Positions 40,105 to 48,802 of a stretch of DNA of 64,000 bases are shown here, piece after piece. The notes under the pieces were generated by a model that saw nothing but the letters and a program-made list of their open reading frames with translations, was not told where the DNA came from and ran no database searches. Within the stretch, counting starts at the first letter, position 1. Each line of letters opens with the position of its first letter. The position numbers and the translations under genes are program-made. The DNA is from Candidatus Latescibacterota bacterium (lineage in GTDB: Bacteria; Latescibacterota; UBA2968; GCA-2709665), in the NCBI GenBank assembly GCA_965116875.1, contig OZ220733.1, forward strand, positions 832,001 through 896,000, given 5' to 3'.

Positions 40105-41301
40105 TTACCCAACGCGCAACCCCTCGCCGCCCGGATCCGCCGGAAGCTCGCCTGCCGCCCGGTCCCGGTTCGGGCGAAAATCGGGAACCCGCATCAACCG
40201 GCTCCCTTCCTCGATCGAGTCAATCGCCCGAACTGCCGCGGCAACCGTATCCATGGCCCTGTACACGTCGAATTCCAGCGGCTTCCCCTCGAGGACGGCG
40301 TCGCGAAAGTGCATATGCACGTAGGAATCCGCGTCGCCGTGGCCGCTGCCACGCGCCTCCGGCGGCGCGTCGGTACGTTCGAAGCCCCAATCCACCTCCG
40401 TCCAGTCGTTCATCTGCGCGTCCGCGAACCAGACTTTCGGCTTCTCGCGGCGCGACCGCCGCCACTCCAGGCTGCCCTTCGTGCCGATCATCTGCCACCA
40501 GTGGTGGTCTCCGTGCGGGCGGGGCTGCGTGTGGCCGTCCAGCATGCGAATCAGCGTATCCTTTTCGGTCTTCATCAGCGCCGCCTGTACATCCGGCTTT
40601 CGAATCTGAGGATGCGCATAACTGGGCCGTTTCGTACTCATCGCCGTGACTTCCGTCACCCGGTCGTCCAGGATTTTCAGCAGAATGCTCAGATCGTAGG
40701 AGGAAGCAATAATCGGCGGGGTGTCGTGGGGAAACGTGGGGCTGGCCTCGGGATGGTCCGGCAACTCCTCTATTGAATATTGTTTCCCGGTGCTGTAGTC
40801 CTGGAAAAACTGGTGCGTACCGTAGTACCCCACGTACTGACCTTCGGCATAGGTGATCCTGCCCAGGCGCCCATCGTCCACGAGGCGCTTCCATCCGTCC
40901 ACGAACCCCCAGAACCGCGTCTGCTCCGCCAGGCTGTAGACCAGCCCGGTCTGTTCCACGTTCGTAACGATGCGCCAGCATTCCTCCATCCGGTACGCGC
41001 CCGGCACCTCGCTGTTTACGTGCTTTCCCGCTTCCAGGGCCTCCGCCGCCATTCGCCCGACCTCCGCCTGCCGCACCACCAGGCCCACCGCGTCCATACG
41101 ACTGTATGCGAGGAAATCCTCGTAGCTGCTGAACGCCGCCACCTCGTCGCGATACGAAATCCCGGCGAGCGCTCGCTGCTGCAGCGGTTCGATCCAATCG
41201 TACACCGCCGCGATGCGAAAGCCCGGGATATTCTGCAGCAGCCGGATCCAATGCAGGCCGCGATTGCCGAGCCCCGCGATCCCGATGCGAATTTCGTCCA
41301 T
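40105..41301 (-). CDS. Gfo/Idh/MocA oxidoreductase, paralog A
   Basis: Long identical blocks with 34543-35775 (e.g. YSLAEQTRFWGFVDGWK, PRPHGDHHWWQMIGTKGS). Confidence 0.88.
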   Translation of the reverse strand: MDEIRIGIAGLGNRGLHWIRLLQNIPGFRIAAVYDWIEPLQQRALAGISYRDEVAAFSSYEDFLAYSRMDAVGLVVRQAEVGRMAAEALEAGKHVNSEVPGAYRMEECWRIVTNVEQTGLVYSLAEQTRFWGFVDGWKRLVDDGRLGRITYAEGQYVGYYGTHQFFQDYSTGKQYSIEELPDHPEASPTFPHDTPPIIASSYDLSILLKILDDRVTEVTAMSTKRPSYAHPQIRKPDVQAALMKTEKDTLIRMLDGHTQPRPHGDHHWWQMIGTKGSLEWRRSRREKPKVWFADAQMNDWTEVDWGFERTDAPPEARGSGHGDADSYVHMHFRDAVLEGKPLEFDVYRAMDTVAAAVRAIDSIEEGSRLMRVPDFRPNRDRAAGELPADPGGEGLRVG

Positions 41302-41333
41302 GTCTTTCCTTCCGTGTCCGAACCGCGACACCG

Positions 41334-41468
41334 AACCTCAATTCGAAAAAAGACAACCGTTAATTTACCACAAAAAGCACAAAAGGCACAGAAGGTGACG
41401 GTGCGAAAACGGGGTTTTGAGCCTGTATATATTCGACATTCAGGTCCCAGAATAATTGCGAATCGAAG
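41334..41468. repeat. Family D-related element with imperfect inverted ends and CACAAAA(G)G short repeats
   Basis: AACCTCAATTCGAAAAAAGACAACCGT at left; TTGCGAATCGAAG at right. Confidence 0.45.
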
Positions 41469-42179
41469 CTAATCGAGTTGAAAACGAATGTAGATGAACA
41501 TCCGCACTTCAACGGCCTCCCGGTTCTGGTACCCTGGAAGATATCGGAAACGCGACAGGGCGTCGAGCGAAGCTTCGTGAAACAGTTCGTGCCCTTTGCG
41601 GACCACGCTGTCCTTGACCCGGCCGTCCTTTCCCACGGTGAATTCCATAAGCACGACGCCCTCCAGGCCGGCCCGCCGCGCTTCCTCCGGATACGCCGGC
41701 TCCACCTGTTCGAGGAGCCTGGGCTTCCGTTCCACAAGGCGGGCGGGCAGGACAACCTCCCCATCCACCTCTTCGTCCCTGAAGGGGGCCGAGACCAGGG
41801 AGTCCCGGGGCGCGGTGAGGCGTATGGATACCGCGTCGAAGTCGAGTTCGGCGGAGGCGGCGACCGTCGACTCCTCGGGAAGCAGGTCGCGGCTGTCCGT
41901 TTCGAGCGGGACCGTCGGCCTGACAAGATCCGGAAGCCGCAGGCCCTGCCGGGTCTCCGGCACGTCAGTTGCCTGAATGAGAATCGGAAGTTTTGCGGGG
42001 GTTGGCGTGCCGAGCCTGAAGGCCGGAAAAGTAAATGCAACGGCCGCGTGCAGGGCGAGCGAAATCCCGATGCACAGGGGGAAGACCTTCCGATACTGCG
42101 CCTTCAAGTCCGCTTCGGGACGGCTGGTCCGGACGATCTTTCCCGTAATCCAGGGTCTGGGAGGCAGCTGTTGTGGCAT
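41469..42179 (-). CDS. tonB: Energy transducer TonB
   Basis: TM ISLALHAA; Pro-rich linker; PAYPEEARRAGLEGVV..FTV.KDG.V TonB_C domain. Confidence 0.9.
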   Translation of the reverse strand: MPQQLPPRPWITGKIVRTSRPEADLKAQYRKVFPLCIGISLALHAAVAFTFPAFRLGTPTPAKLPILIQATDVPETRQGLRLPDLVRPTVPLETDSRDLLPEESTVAASAELDFDAVSIRLTAPRDSLVSAPFRDEEVDGEVVLPARLVERKPRLLEQVEPAYPEEARRAGLEGVVLMEFTVGKDGRVKDSVVRKGHELFHEASLDALSRFRYLPGYQNREAVEVRMFIYIRFQLD

Positions 42180-42240
42180 TGTACACTCCACGCTGCCTGC
42201 ACGGCCGGCGTACACGAGTTCGACAAGCGTTTATGGACCA

Positions 42241-42326
42241 CGGCTGCAAAAGCGCCTGCCTGCGCAGCGTACTGCGCTGCAGGCAGGCCGGTCGGGAACT
42301 CAACGGTAATTCTAAAAACAGCCTCT
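42241..42326 (+). mobile_element. Internally deleted family-A element carrying a palindromic insert
   Basis: CGGCTGCAAAAGCG..CCGGTCGG..GAACTCAACGGTAATTCTAAAAACAGCCTCT. Confidence 0.7.
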
Positions 42327-42367
42327 CATGCGGCTTCGGGCGGGCGTCCCAATGCCCGCGCCATGTG

Positions 42368-45139
42368 CTATCGCGTCGCTTCCCTGACCCAGAAGAGGCC
42401 CTCTTTGGTGGTCCGCTGTCCGCTGTTCATATCCTTTACGGTCATCCGGACCCTGCGGCGCCCCGCTGCGGTCTCCCCGATATCCAGCGCCACGTAGTCC
42501 GATACGGATACCTCGGTCCCGGTCTGTTCGTAGCGTACGGTCACGGCCGATTCCGAACGCCCCAGGACCCGTGTCGTCAGGCGCGAAAGGCTCGTACCGC
42601 TTTCATCGGTACTGTAGACCTCGTAAACCACCTCGTAGCGCGTCGTCCCGAATTCGTCCTTCTTGAGATTGTAGATCTCGAAAAAGACGAACACGTGCTG
42701 CCCCGCGTCGAAGACATGCGAAGGCAGCGGCGTGATATTCCATTTGCCGCGGACGAACTTCGGATCGGAACCCGGCATCGCGGCCGTCACCTGCTTCGCG
42801 ACGAACAGATCGCTCAGTTTCAGTCCTTCCCCGGAATAGTCCTCCACGGAGAGCTTCTGCGAATACGCCTGCAGGCGTTTCGTGTTGTGCCGCTGCACCT
42901 GCAGGGCCAGTTCGTAGTCCCCCGCCTGCACGTCGAGGAGATCCACCCGGTCCAGAAGAGCCCGGTCGCGCCGCCGTCCCGAGACCGGCACCTCCAGATC
43001 CTGCTGCAGCGCCAGCACTTTCGTGTACCGGGCGTCCATCAGCGCGACTCGCCGATTCACCATCACGTCGTCCTCCGTTTCCCCGGGAAGCGCGACGTTT
43101 TCGATGGGTATGCCCACGTTTACCTGAATCTCCGTTCCGCCATTCTTCCCGCGGAAAGTGACTACGTCATAGCTGAAGTCCAGCGCCTCGAAACCCGTTA
43201 CGCTGAAGTACTCCGGCTCTTCCCGCGACACGGACGCAACACGGGTTGAGGGCGAAAGTTCCGTAAGCCGTTGCATGAGCCGCACGTAGCCCATCTGCCC
43301 CACGTGCGGGTCCTTGTCCAGGTTCTTGAGATCCTGGCTGTTTACTCCGGGCACGGGCGCGTATTCGTAAACGCCGGAGTTCTGTTCATCCGTGAAGGCG
43401 ACTTCCAGTCCCTTTCCCACGCCTGCATATACCCAGACCTCCCAGGGAACCGACGCCCAGTTGTGCCCCGTCGTTACCGGCTTCCACCCGCTCAACCCGA
43501 TCGCGAATTCGGGGTCCAGATCGATGCCGGCCTGTATGGGAGAGTCTTCGAGGTCTATCAGTTGCTGCGGCGACGCGGCGGGATTGCCCTCGGCGCCCGG
43601 TTCGGCCTGATCGGGTGCAAACACGGCCAGATCGAGCTCCTCGATTACAGCAGCCTGCAAGTCGCGCCGGATGTCCTCGCTGGGCTCGAGGAAGGAACCC
43701 AGATCCGTACGTATCGGAAAGACGGGTCCCACGAAACTGATGCCGAGTCCCTGTGCGCCGTACAGCTGGTAGGCCATGTTGTCCTGCACGCGTTCCACGG
43801 CGGGAGGGACCTTCGGATTCGGCTGTATCGAGGAGGAGCGGTAGTCCGGTACCCCGTACCTGATGTACACTTCGCCGCGGCGGTCCCAGGGCCACTTAAG
43901 CGTTCCATAATTCGTCCGGGCGTACCACACCCGACGATGGTGCTCGGCGCGACGCATCGCGCCGCGTGAGGCCTTGAACGGGTCGTGGCGGAGCCAGAAG
44001 CGCTGCAGAAACGCGGCCCGCTTCTCGGGAGGCGTGATGCGATACGCCTCAATCTCATGCGGCAGCCCCACCAGCGATACGTCCCGGTAGAGCGCCTGTT
44101 CTTCCGGGTCCAGGCTTTCAACGTAGACCTTGAACGCCCGCAGTGCGCCTTCGTAATCGCCACGCGCCATGAGCGCCTGCGCCAGGAGCGGCAACGCGAG
44201 GTCCTCGGACATCAGGGACGTCAGGGTTTCAACCTCTTTGTACCGTTCCTTTTCCAGCAACTCGTTGGCAAATGCCAGCGCCGCGGTCTGATCCGCCGGC
44301 TTCAGTTCCAGGTATTTTTCGAAATATACCATTGCGCCATGCAGATCGCCCTCCTCACGGTGTGACTCTGCCAGCAGCAGATGAGCCGGCGCAAGGCGTG
44401 AATCGAACTCGAGGGCCCGGTCCGCGGCCTGCCTCGCCCCCGGTCGCCCGGTTTCCTGGTAGGCCCTGGCAAGCAGGTAGTGCGCTTCGGCATTGGTGGA
44501 ATCGGCGCTCAGTGCGGCTTCCAGGTGCGGCAGCGCCGCCTCCGGGTCGGACGCCTGTTCGAGCGCCAGCCTGCCCAGGCCGCTATGCGCGGTGGTCTGT
44601 TTCGGGTCGAATCCCACCGCCCGTTCAAACGCCGTGCGCGCACTGTCCGGGGCGCCGGCTACAAGAAGCTGGCGCCCGACCTGAGCCAGGGCCCGCGCCA
44701 GATACGTTTGCGTCCAGGTATACGTGGGATCGGCCCTCAACGCCGCCTCCAGATGAGGCAACGCCGCTTCGGGGTCTCCCTCCAGTTCGAGGGCCACCCG
44801 TCCGAGGCCGCAATGCGCCGTGGCCAGCTTCGGGTCGAATCCCACCGCCCGTTCAAATGCCGAGCGCGCGGCGCCGGCACTGCCCACCCGCAGGTACAGC
44901 ATGCCAACCCGGTTCAGAACGAGTCCCGCGTGGTCCGGATGGTCGACGAGCGCCCGTTCCAACGCCTTCGCCGCCGCCACCACCGCCGGCACGTCACGGG
45001 CTTTCAGGCCCCTTGCGTACACGGCATCCAGTTCAGACAACGACGTTCCGGCGGCAGGCGCGTTAACCGGCCATTGCAAGGCGATGATCAGCGCAGAAAC
45101 CAACAACAGGCGAACACACCGCAATTGTCGATCTTTCAT
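42368..45139 (-). CDS. TPR-repeat plus GWxTD-domain protein
   Basis: Signal peptide, TPRs, FLQRFW..DP, EHHRRV.YA, PWDRRGEVYIRYG.PD, WEVWVY. Confidence 0.82.
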   Translation of the reverse strand: MKDRQLRCVRLLLVSALIIALQWPVNAPAAGTSLSELDAVYARGLKARDVPAVVAAAKALERALVDHPDHAGLVLNRVGMLYLRVGSAGAARSAFERAVGFDPKLATAHCGLGRVALELEGDPEAALPHLEAALRADPTYTWTQTYLARALAQVGRQLLVAGAPDSARTAFERAVGFDPKQTTAHSGLGRLALEQASDPEAALPHLEAALSADSTNAEAHYLLARAYQETGRPGARQAADRALEFDSRLAPAHLLLAESHREEGDLHGAMVYFEKYLELKPADQTAALAFANELLEKERYKEVETLTSLMSEDLALPLLAQALMARGDYEGALRAFKVYVESLDPEEQALYRDVSLVGLPHEIEAYRITPPEKRAAFLQRFWLRHDPFKASRGAMRRAEHHRRVWYARTNYGTLKWPWDRRGEVYIRYGVPDYRSSSIQPNPKVPPAVERVQDNMAYQLYGAQGLGISFVGPVFPIRTDLGSFLEPSEDIRRDLQAAVIEELDLAVFAPDQAEPGAEGNPAASPQQLIDLEDSPIQAGIDLDPEFAIGLSGWKPVTTGHNWASVPWEVWVYAGVGKGLEVAFTDEQNSGVYEYAPVPGVNSQDLKNLDKDPHVGQMGYVRLMQRLTELSPSTRVASVSREEPEYFSVTGFEALDFSYDVVTFRGKNGGTEIQVNVGIPIENVALPGETEDDVMVNRRVALMDARYTKVLALQQDLEVPVSGRRRDRALLDRVDLLDVQAGDYELALQVQRHNTKRLQAYSQKLSVEDYSGEGLKLSDLFVAKQVTAAMPGSDPKFVRGKWNITPLPSHVFDAGQHVFVFFEIYNLKKDEFGTTRYEVVYEVYSTDESGTSLSRLTTRVLGRSESAVTVRYEQTGTEVSVSDYVALDIGETAAGRRRVRMTVKDMNSGQRTTKEGLFWVREATR

Positions 45140-45227
45140 GTACCGACGTCTCCCCGGTAAACAGACAGGCGGCCCTGTCGCGAAACAAAGCCGCCTGGCG
45201 GTTCATTCGAATTGCGCTTCTGTTCGG

Positions 45228-46202
45228 TCAGAACGATCCGGTCACGGAAAACCGCAGGGTCGCGCCGTTATCGGGAAAATTGTCGAACTTCACGTAGGCG
45301 AAATCCGCCTGCACGTGATGAATCCCGCGCTGCAGACGGACGCCCGCCCCTGCGGTAACGTCCTGCACGTCGTAACCCAGCTTGTAACCGGCCCGAAGCG
45401 CGACGATGTTCCGCAGCCAGAGTTCGGCGCCCACGTGCATCCGCCGTTCGACGCTGACGCTGTAGAGCGCCTCGACCGCGCCGGTCAGCGAGACGTCTTC
45501 CCCGCGCTCCCCGTAGACCTCAGCCGCTGTTGCCATGCTGAAGAAAACCGGCATCTTGCCCTTGATGGCTTCGTCCGTGAGGAGTACGAGGTCCTTCCCG
45601 AAGTTGCGCAGCGACATGCCGATGCGCAGGCTCCGGTATCCGGTATGGTAGAAGGTGCCCACCGCCAGGTCGAAAACGCGGTAGTCGTAACCCTTGTCGA
45701 GCTTCTCCTCGATCACCCGAGCCTGAAATCCCACGGAGAAGCGCTCCGTAAACTGCCGGGCATAGACCCCGCCCACCGCCCAGCTTCCGGTGTCCAGGAT
45801 CCGGCCCGTCCCCTCCGGATTGAAAATGGTGGTTTCTTCGATATCGCCGGTATTGAATGCCACCAGACTCAGGGCGAGGGCGCCGTAGTCGGTATTGACG
45901 CCGATCGCCGCGGAGTTCAACTGGGACTCCAGGAGCCACTGGGTGTTCGTGAATGCAAACTGCAGCCGGTTGCGCGTCATGGCCGTGAGCCCGGCGGGAT
46001 TCCAGAACACCGAATTGATGTCGTCCGCCACGGCCACGTACGCGTCTCCCATCCCGGCTGCGCGCGCGCTCTGGGATATCTCCAGGAAGGCCGCATAGGT
46101 CTCGCCCACCGGTGTCTGGTTGGAGATATCGGCCAACGCCGGGGCGCCCAGCAAGAGGACGCCGACAAGCGCCGCATAGCCGATCCGATGAATGCGCCTC
46201 AT
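45228..46202 (-). CDS. porV: PorV/PorQ family outer-membrane beta-barrel
   Basis: AAFLEISQSARAAGMGDAYVAVADDINSVFWNPAGL N-terminal signature; LRAGY; C-terminal F. Confidence 0.85.
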   Translation of the reverse strand: MRRIHRIGYAALVGVLLLGAPALADISNQTPVGETYAAFLEISQSARAAGMGDAYVAVADDINSVFWNPAGLTAMTRNRLQFAFTNTQWLLESQLNSAAIGVNTDYGALALSLVAFNTGDIEETTIFNPEGTGRILDTGSWAVGGVYARQFTERFSVGFQARVIEEKLDKGYDYRVFDLAVGTFYHTGYRSLRIGMSLRNFGKDLVLLTDEAIKGKMPVFFSMATAAEVYGERGEDVSLTGAVEALYSVSVERRMHVGAELWLRNIVALRAGYKLGYDVQDVTAGAGVRLQRGIHHVQADFAYVKFDNFPDNGATLRFSVTGSF

Positions 46203-46212
46203 GGCGACCTCC

Positions 46213-48741
46213 TTAGCGAATGATGACCAGCTTGGCGCCCTTCACCTGTCCCTGAGATTCCGACACCAGGGATTCGACGGTGACGAAGTAAACGCCGAAG
46301 GTCAACTGTGTGATGTGCGTTCTGTTGAACTGGAAGAAGGCCGCTTCGCCCTCTGTCTGCGAATCGTGGTCGACCTCGCCCACGAGGTCGCCAGCTACCG
46401 AGAAAATCCTGATCTTGGCCTTCCTGGGAACGTTCAGGATGCGGATCTTGGTTGAGCCCTCGTAGGTGTGCGGCGACTCGGGGATGTACGGATTCGGCAC
46501 AATGAGGATATCCTTTTCCAGCCGGTCCGCGCTGGCCGTGGGCACCTGCACGGGGCTGTCGGGCGCCGATCCCGAGGGGGGCAGATAGTAGGTGGAAACG
46601 TCTCCGATTCCGGATTCGTAGGCCCGGACACCGCCCTCCACCGTGGCGCCCGTAACCCGGCTGGCGAATCCGGAATTGGCGCTGCCCTGGTAGGAGCGCA
46701 CGGCATAATAATACTGGAATCCCGCGAGCGACTCCGTGTCTTCATACGCGTATTCCGCGGAGCCGTTCGCCGGTACGTCCTGGATCATCTTCCAGAGGCC
46801 CGGCTGGGTCTCGGACTGGTATACGCGGTAACCCGCGACGTCGGATTGCCCGGTATCGGGGTTGATCGATTTCTCCGGGTCGCCCGTCCAGGTAATCAGG
46901 TTGCGGGCGTTCTCGGAAGACGACACCCTCGCGTCCACGTCGGGAGGCTGGTTGGGAAGGTCGTAACCCAGCGCATAGGCCTCCTTGGCCTTATTCAGGT
47001 GGTTGAGGAGGTTGGTGAACGCGGCGCCGTTCTCCTCCTTCTTGAGCTCGCTGGTGTCTCCGGACTTCTGGTAAGCCCGGAAGTTCTCGGTGACCGGCGC
47101 GGCCGCCACGTAGGCAAACACGAACTTCACCTTCTGTCCGGGCGCCAGGTCATAGGGGCCGTAGGTTTCCAGGGGGGTGTAGCCCGCGGCGATGCCGTGC
47201 CTGCCCTCCCACTCCCAGGTGGGGATGGGCATATACGGCATAGGGCCTAACGGGACCTCCGGAATCGGGAGCAGCGGCACGCCCAGGTTGGGATTTCCAG
47301 AACCCCTGCTCGGGCGTTCCAGAAGCGGCTCGTTGAAATAGGACGGTTCCGGCGTGCTGACCAGCATCTGGTAGAGCGTCTCGTGGTTCATCTCATTGGG
47401 GTTCGGTTCGTCCGTGAGTAACCCGACGGCGGCCGCCGCGCTGGACGGATACCGGTACAGAAAATGGAAGAAGTTGTACGAGAACGGCTGCTCAGGAACC
47501 TTCGGCGCCTCGTAGCTCTCCGGATCGCCCACGAACCCGTCCGTGGGATCGACGTCGATCGGGGCCTTGCCGATCCATGCCGGTGACGTGATGTCCCCGA
47601 CGCCGATAAGACTTGGGAACGTACACTGCGCGCACCTGTGTTCGGAGCGGTACGGATCGCCGATATCGTCCGCCAGCGGCCCTGTCAGGCAGAAGTTGTC
47701 CCAGTCGTACTGGTAGGTCAGCCGGAGGCCGCGCGCGGATGCCGGACCGTCGTAATTGGGCGCCTCCGTATACTTGATCTTGTCGTCCTGGGAATTGTCC
47801 AGGGGTCCGAAATTGCTGCTGCACCCGTCTCCCGTGCCGTAGTCGGAATAGTACGCCCTGTAACTGACCCGGGAAACGCCCGCGGATGACGGCAGGAACC
47901 GGTGATGGAAGGAAAAATAGACGTTCGTGAGATTGTGCCCGCCGCCGGCGAGGTCGGACGCGCGATCGCCGTCGGTATCCCCGGTGTTCTCGAACACCCA
48001 CTCGGTGATCACGAAATCGTCGTATTCCGGGTGGTTCCACGCAAAAGCCGCCTTCTCACCCGTAATGCCCAGCCCGGTGGTCCACTTGCTCAGAACGATG
48101 TCTTCAGGAAAATTGTCGGTGGAAGCGTCGTTGTACTGGCCGATGCGGTAATTCAGGATTTCCCTGGGCTCCAGCGCATCCAGATCCACCCCGGTGCCCG
48201 GCCACCAGTTGGCCATCGATCGCCCCGAATTGGGGCTGACCACGTCGCTGCCCAACCCCGCGTACTTGCCCCTGAAGTCCACGCTGGGATCCACCGCCAT
48301 CGCCACGACGTCTTCGCTTTCTTCCATCGCCGATATGAGGGGGTTGGCCCAGCTCACCGCGGCCTCGCCGTTCACTTTGGTGGCGATCCACCATCCGTGG
48401 CCGCGGCCGTTGTGCGACGTCAGATCCACGTGCATGCTCCCGGCGCTGCGCTGTTCCCCGTAGTAGGCGGAAAAGTCGTTCGTTCCGCCGCCGCCCCAGC
48501 TGATCAGCGCGAACCCAGGATAGGCCAGATCCAGATAGAGGCCGGCATAGTTCCCTTCCACGGGCCGAGCCCCTTCGGCGCCAGTGCTGAGAAAGCTGTG
48601 CCAGAGGGTGCCGCGCGCGAGGTGCCGGGGCGTCAGCGACTCACCGGCCAGGTTGGAGACGGTCGCCCGCTGGGCCTCGGCCGGACGCCAGAACGCGCCT
48701 GCGATCAGGAGTGCGCCTGTAATGATGGTTATGCGTCTCAT
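46213..48741 (-). CDS. Large secreted protein with Fn3-like domain and T9SS type-A CTD-like C-terminus
   Basis: Signal peptide; DVAGYRVY...YYYAVRSY; IVPNPY...IRIFSVAGDLV...GVYFVTV...KLVIIR. Confidence 0.75.
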   Translation of the reverse strand: MRRITIITGALLIAGAFWRPAEAQRATVSNLAGESLTPRHLARGTLWHSFLSTGAEGARPVEGNYAGLYLDLAYPGFALISWGGGGTNDFSAYYGEQRSAGSMHVDLTSHNGRGHGWWIATKVNGEAAVSWANPLISAMEESEDVVAMAVDPSVDFRGKYAGLGSDVVSPNSGRSMANWWPGTGVDLDALEPREILNYRIGQYNDASTDNFPEDIVLSKWTTGLGITGEKAAFAWNHPEYDDFVITEWVFENTGDTDGDRASDLAGGGHNLTNVYFSFHHRFLPSSAGVSRVSYRAYYSDYGTGDGCSSNFGPLDNSQDDKIKYTEAPNYDGPASARGLRLTYQYDWDNFCLTGPLADDIGDPYRSEHRCAQCTFPSLIGVGDITSPAWIGKAPIDVDPTDGFVGDPESYEAPKVPEQPFSYNFFHFLYRYPSSAAAAVGLLTDEPNPNEMNHETLYQMLVSTPEPSYFNEPLLERPSRGSGNPNLGVPLLPIPEVPLGPMPYMPIPTWEWEGRHGIAAGYTPLETYGPYDLAPGQKVKFVFAYVAAAPVTENFRAYQKSGDTSELKKEENGAAFTNLLNHLNKAKEAYALGYDLPNQPPDVDARVSSSENARNLITWTGDPEKSINPDTGQSDVAGYRVYQSETQPGLWKMIQDVPANGSAEYAYEDTESLAGFQYYYAVRSYQGSANSGFASRVTGATVEGGVRAYESGIGDVSTYYLPPSGSAPDSPVQVPTASADRLEKDILIVPNPYIPESPHTYEGSTKIRILNVPRKAKIRIFSVAGDLVGEVDHDSQTEGEAAFFQFNRTHITQLTFGVYFVTVESLVSESQGQVKGAKLVIIR

Positions 48742-48802
48742 TGATTTTCTCCCCGCCTGTTTGCGCCGGGGCAGCCGCGCCGCCCCGGCGTCAGATACAT
48801 AC

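Noticed and set aside
45167-45197. Hairpin between porV and the GWxTD gene as a hard terminator
   Set aside because: Imperfect stem and only a short T tract on the coding strand; may only modulate read-through.
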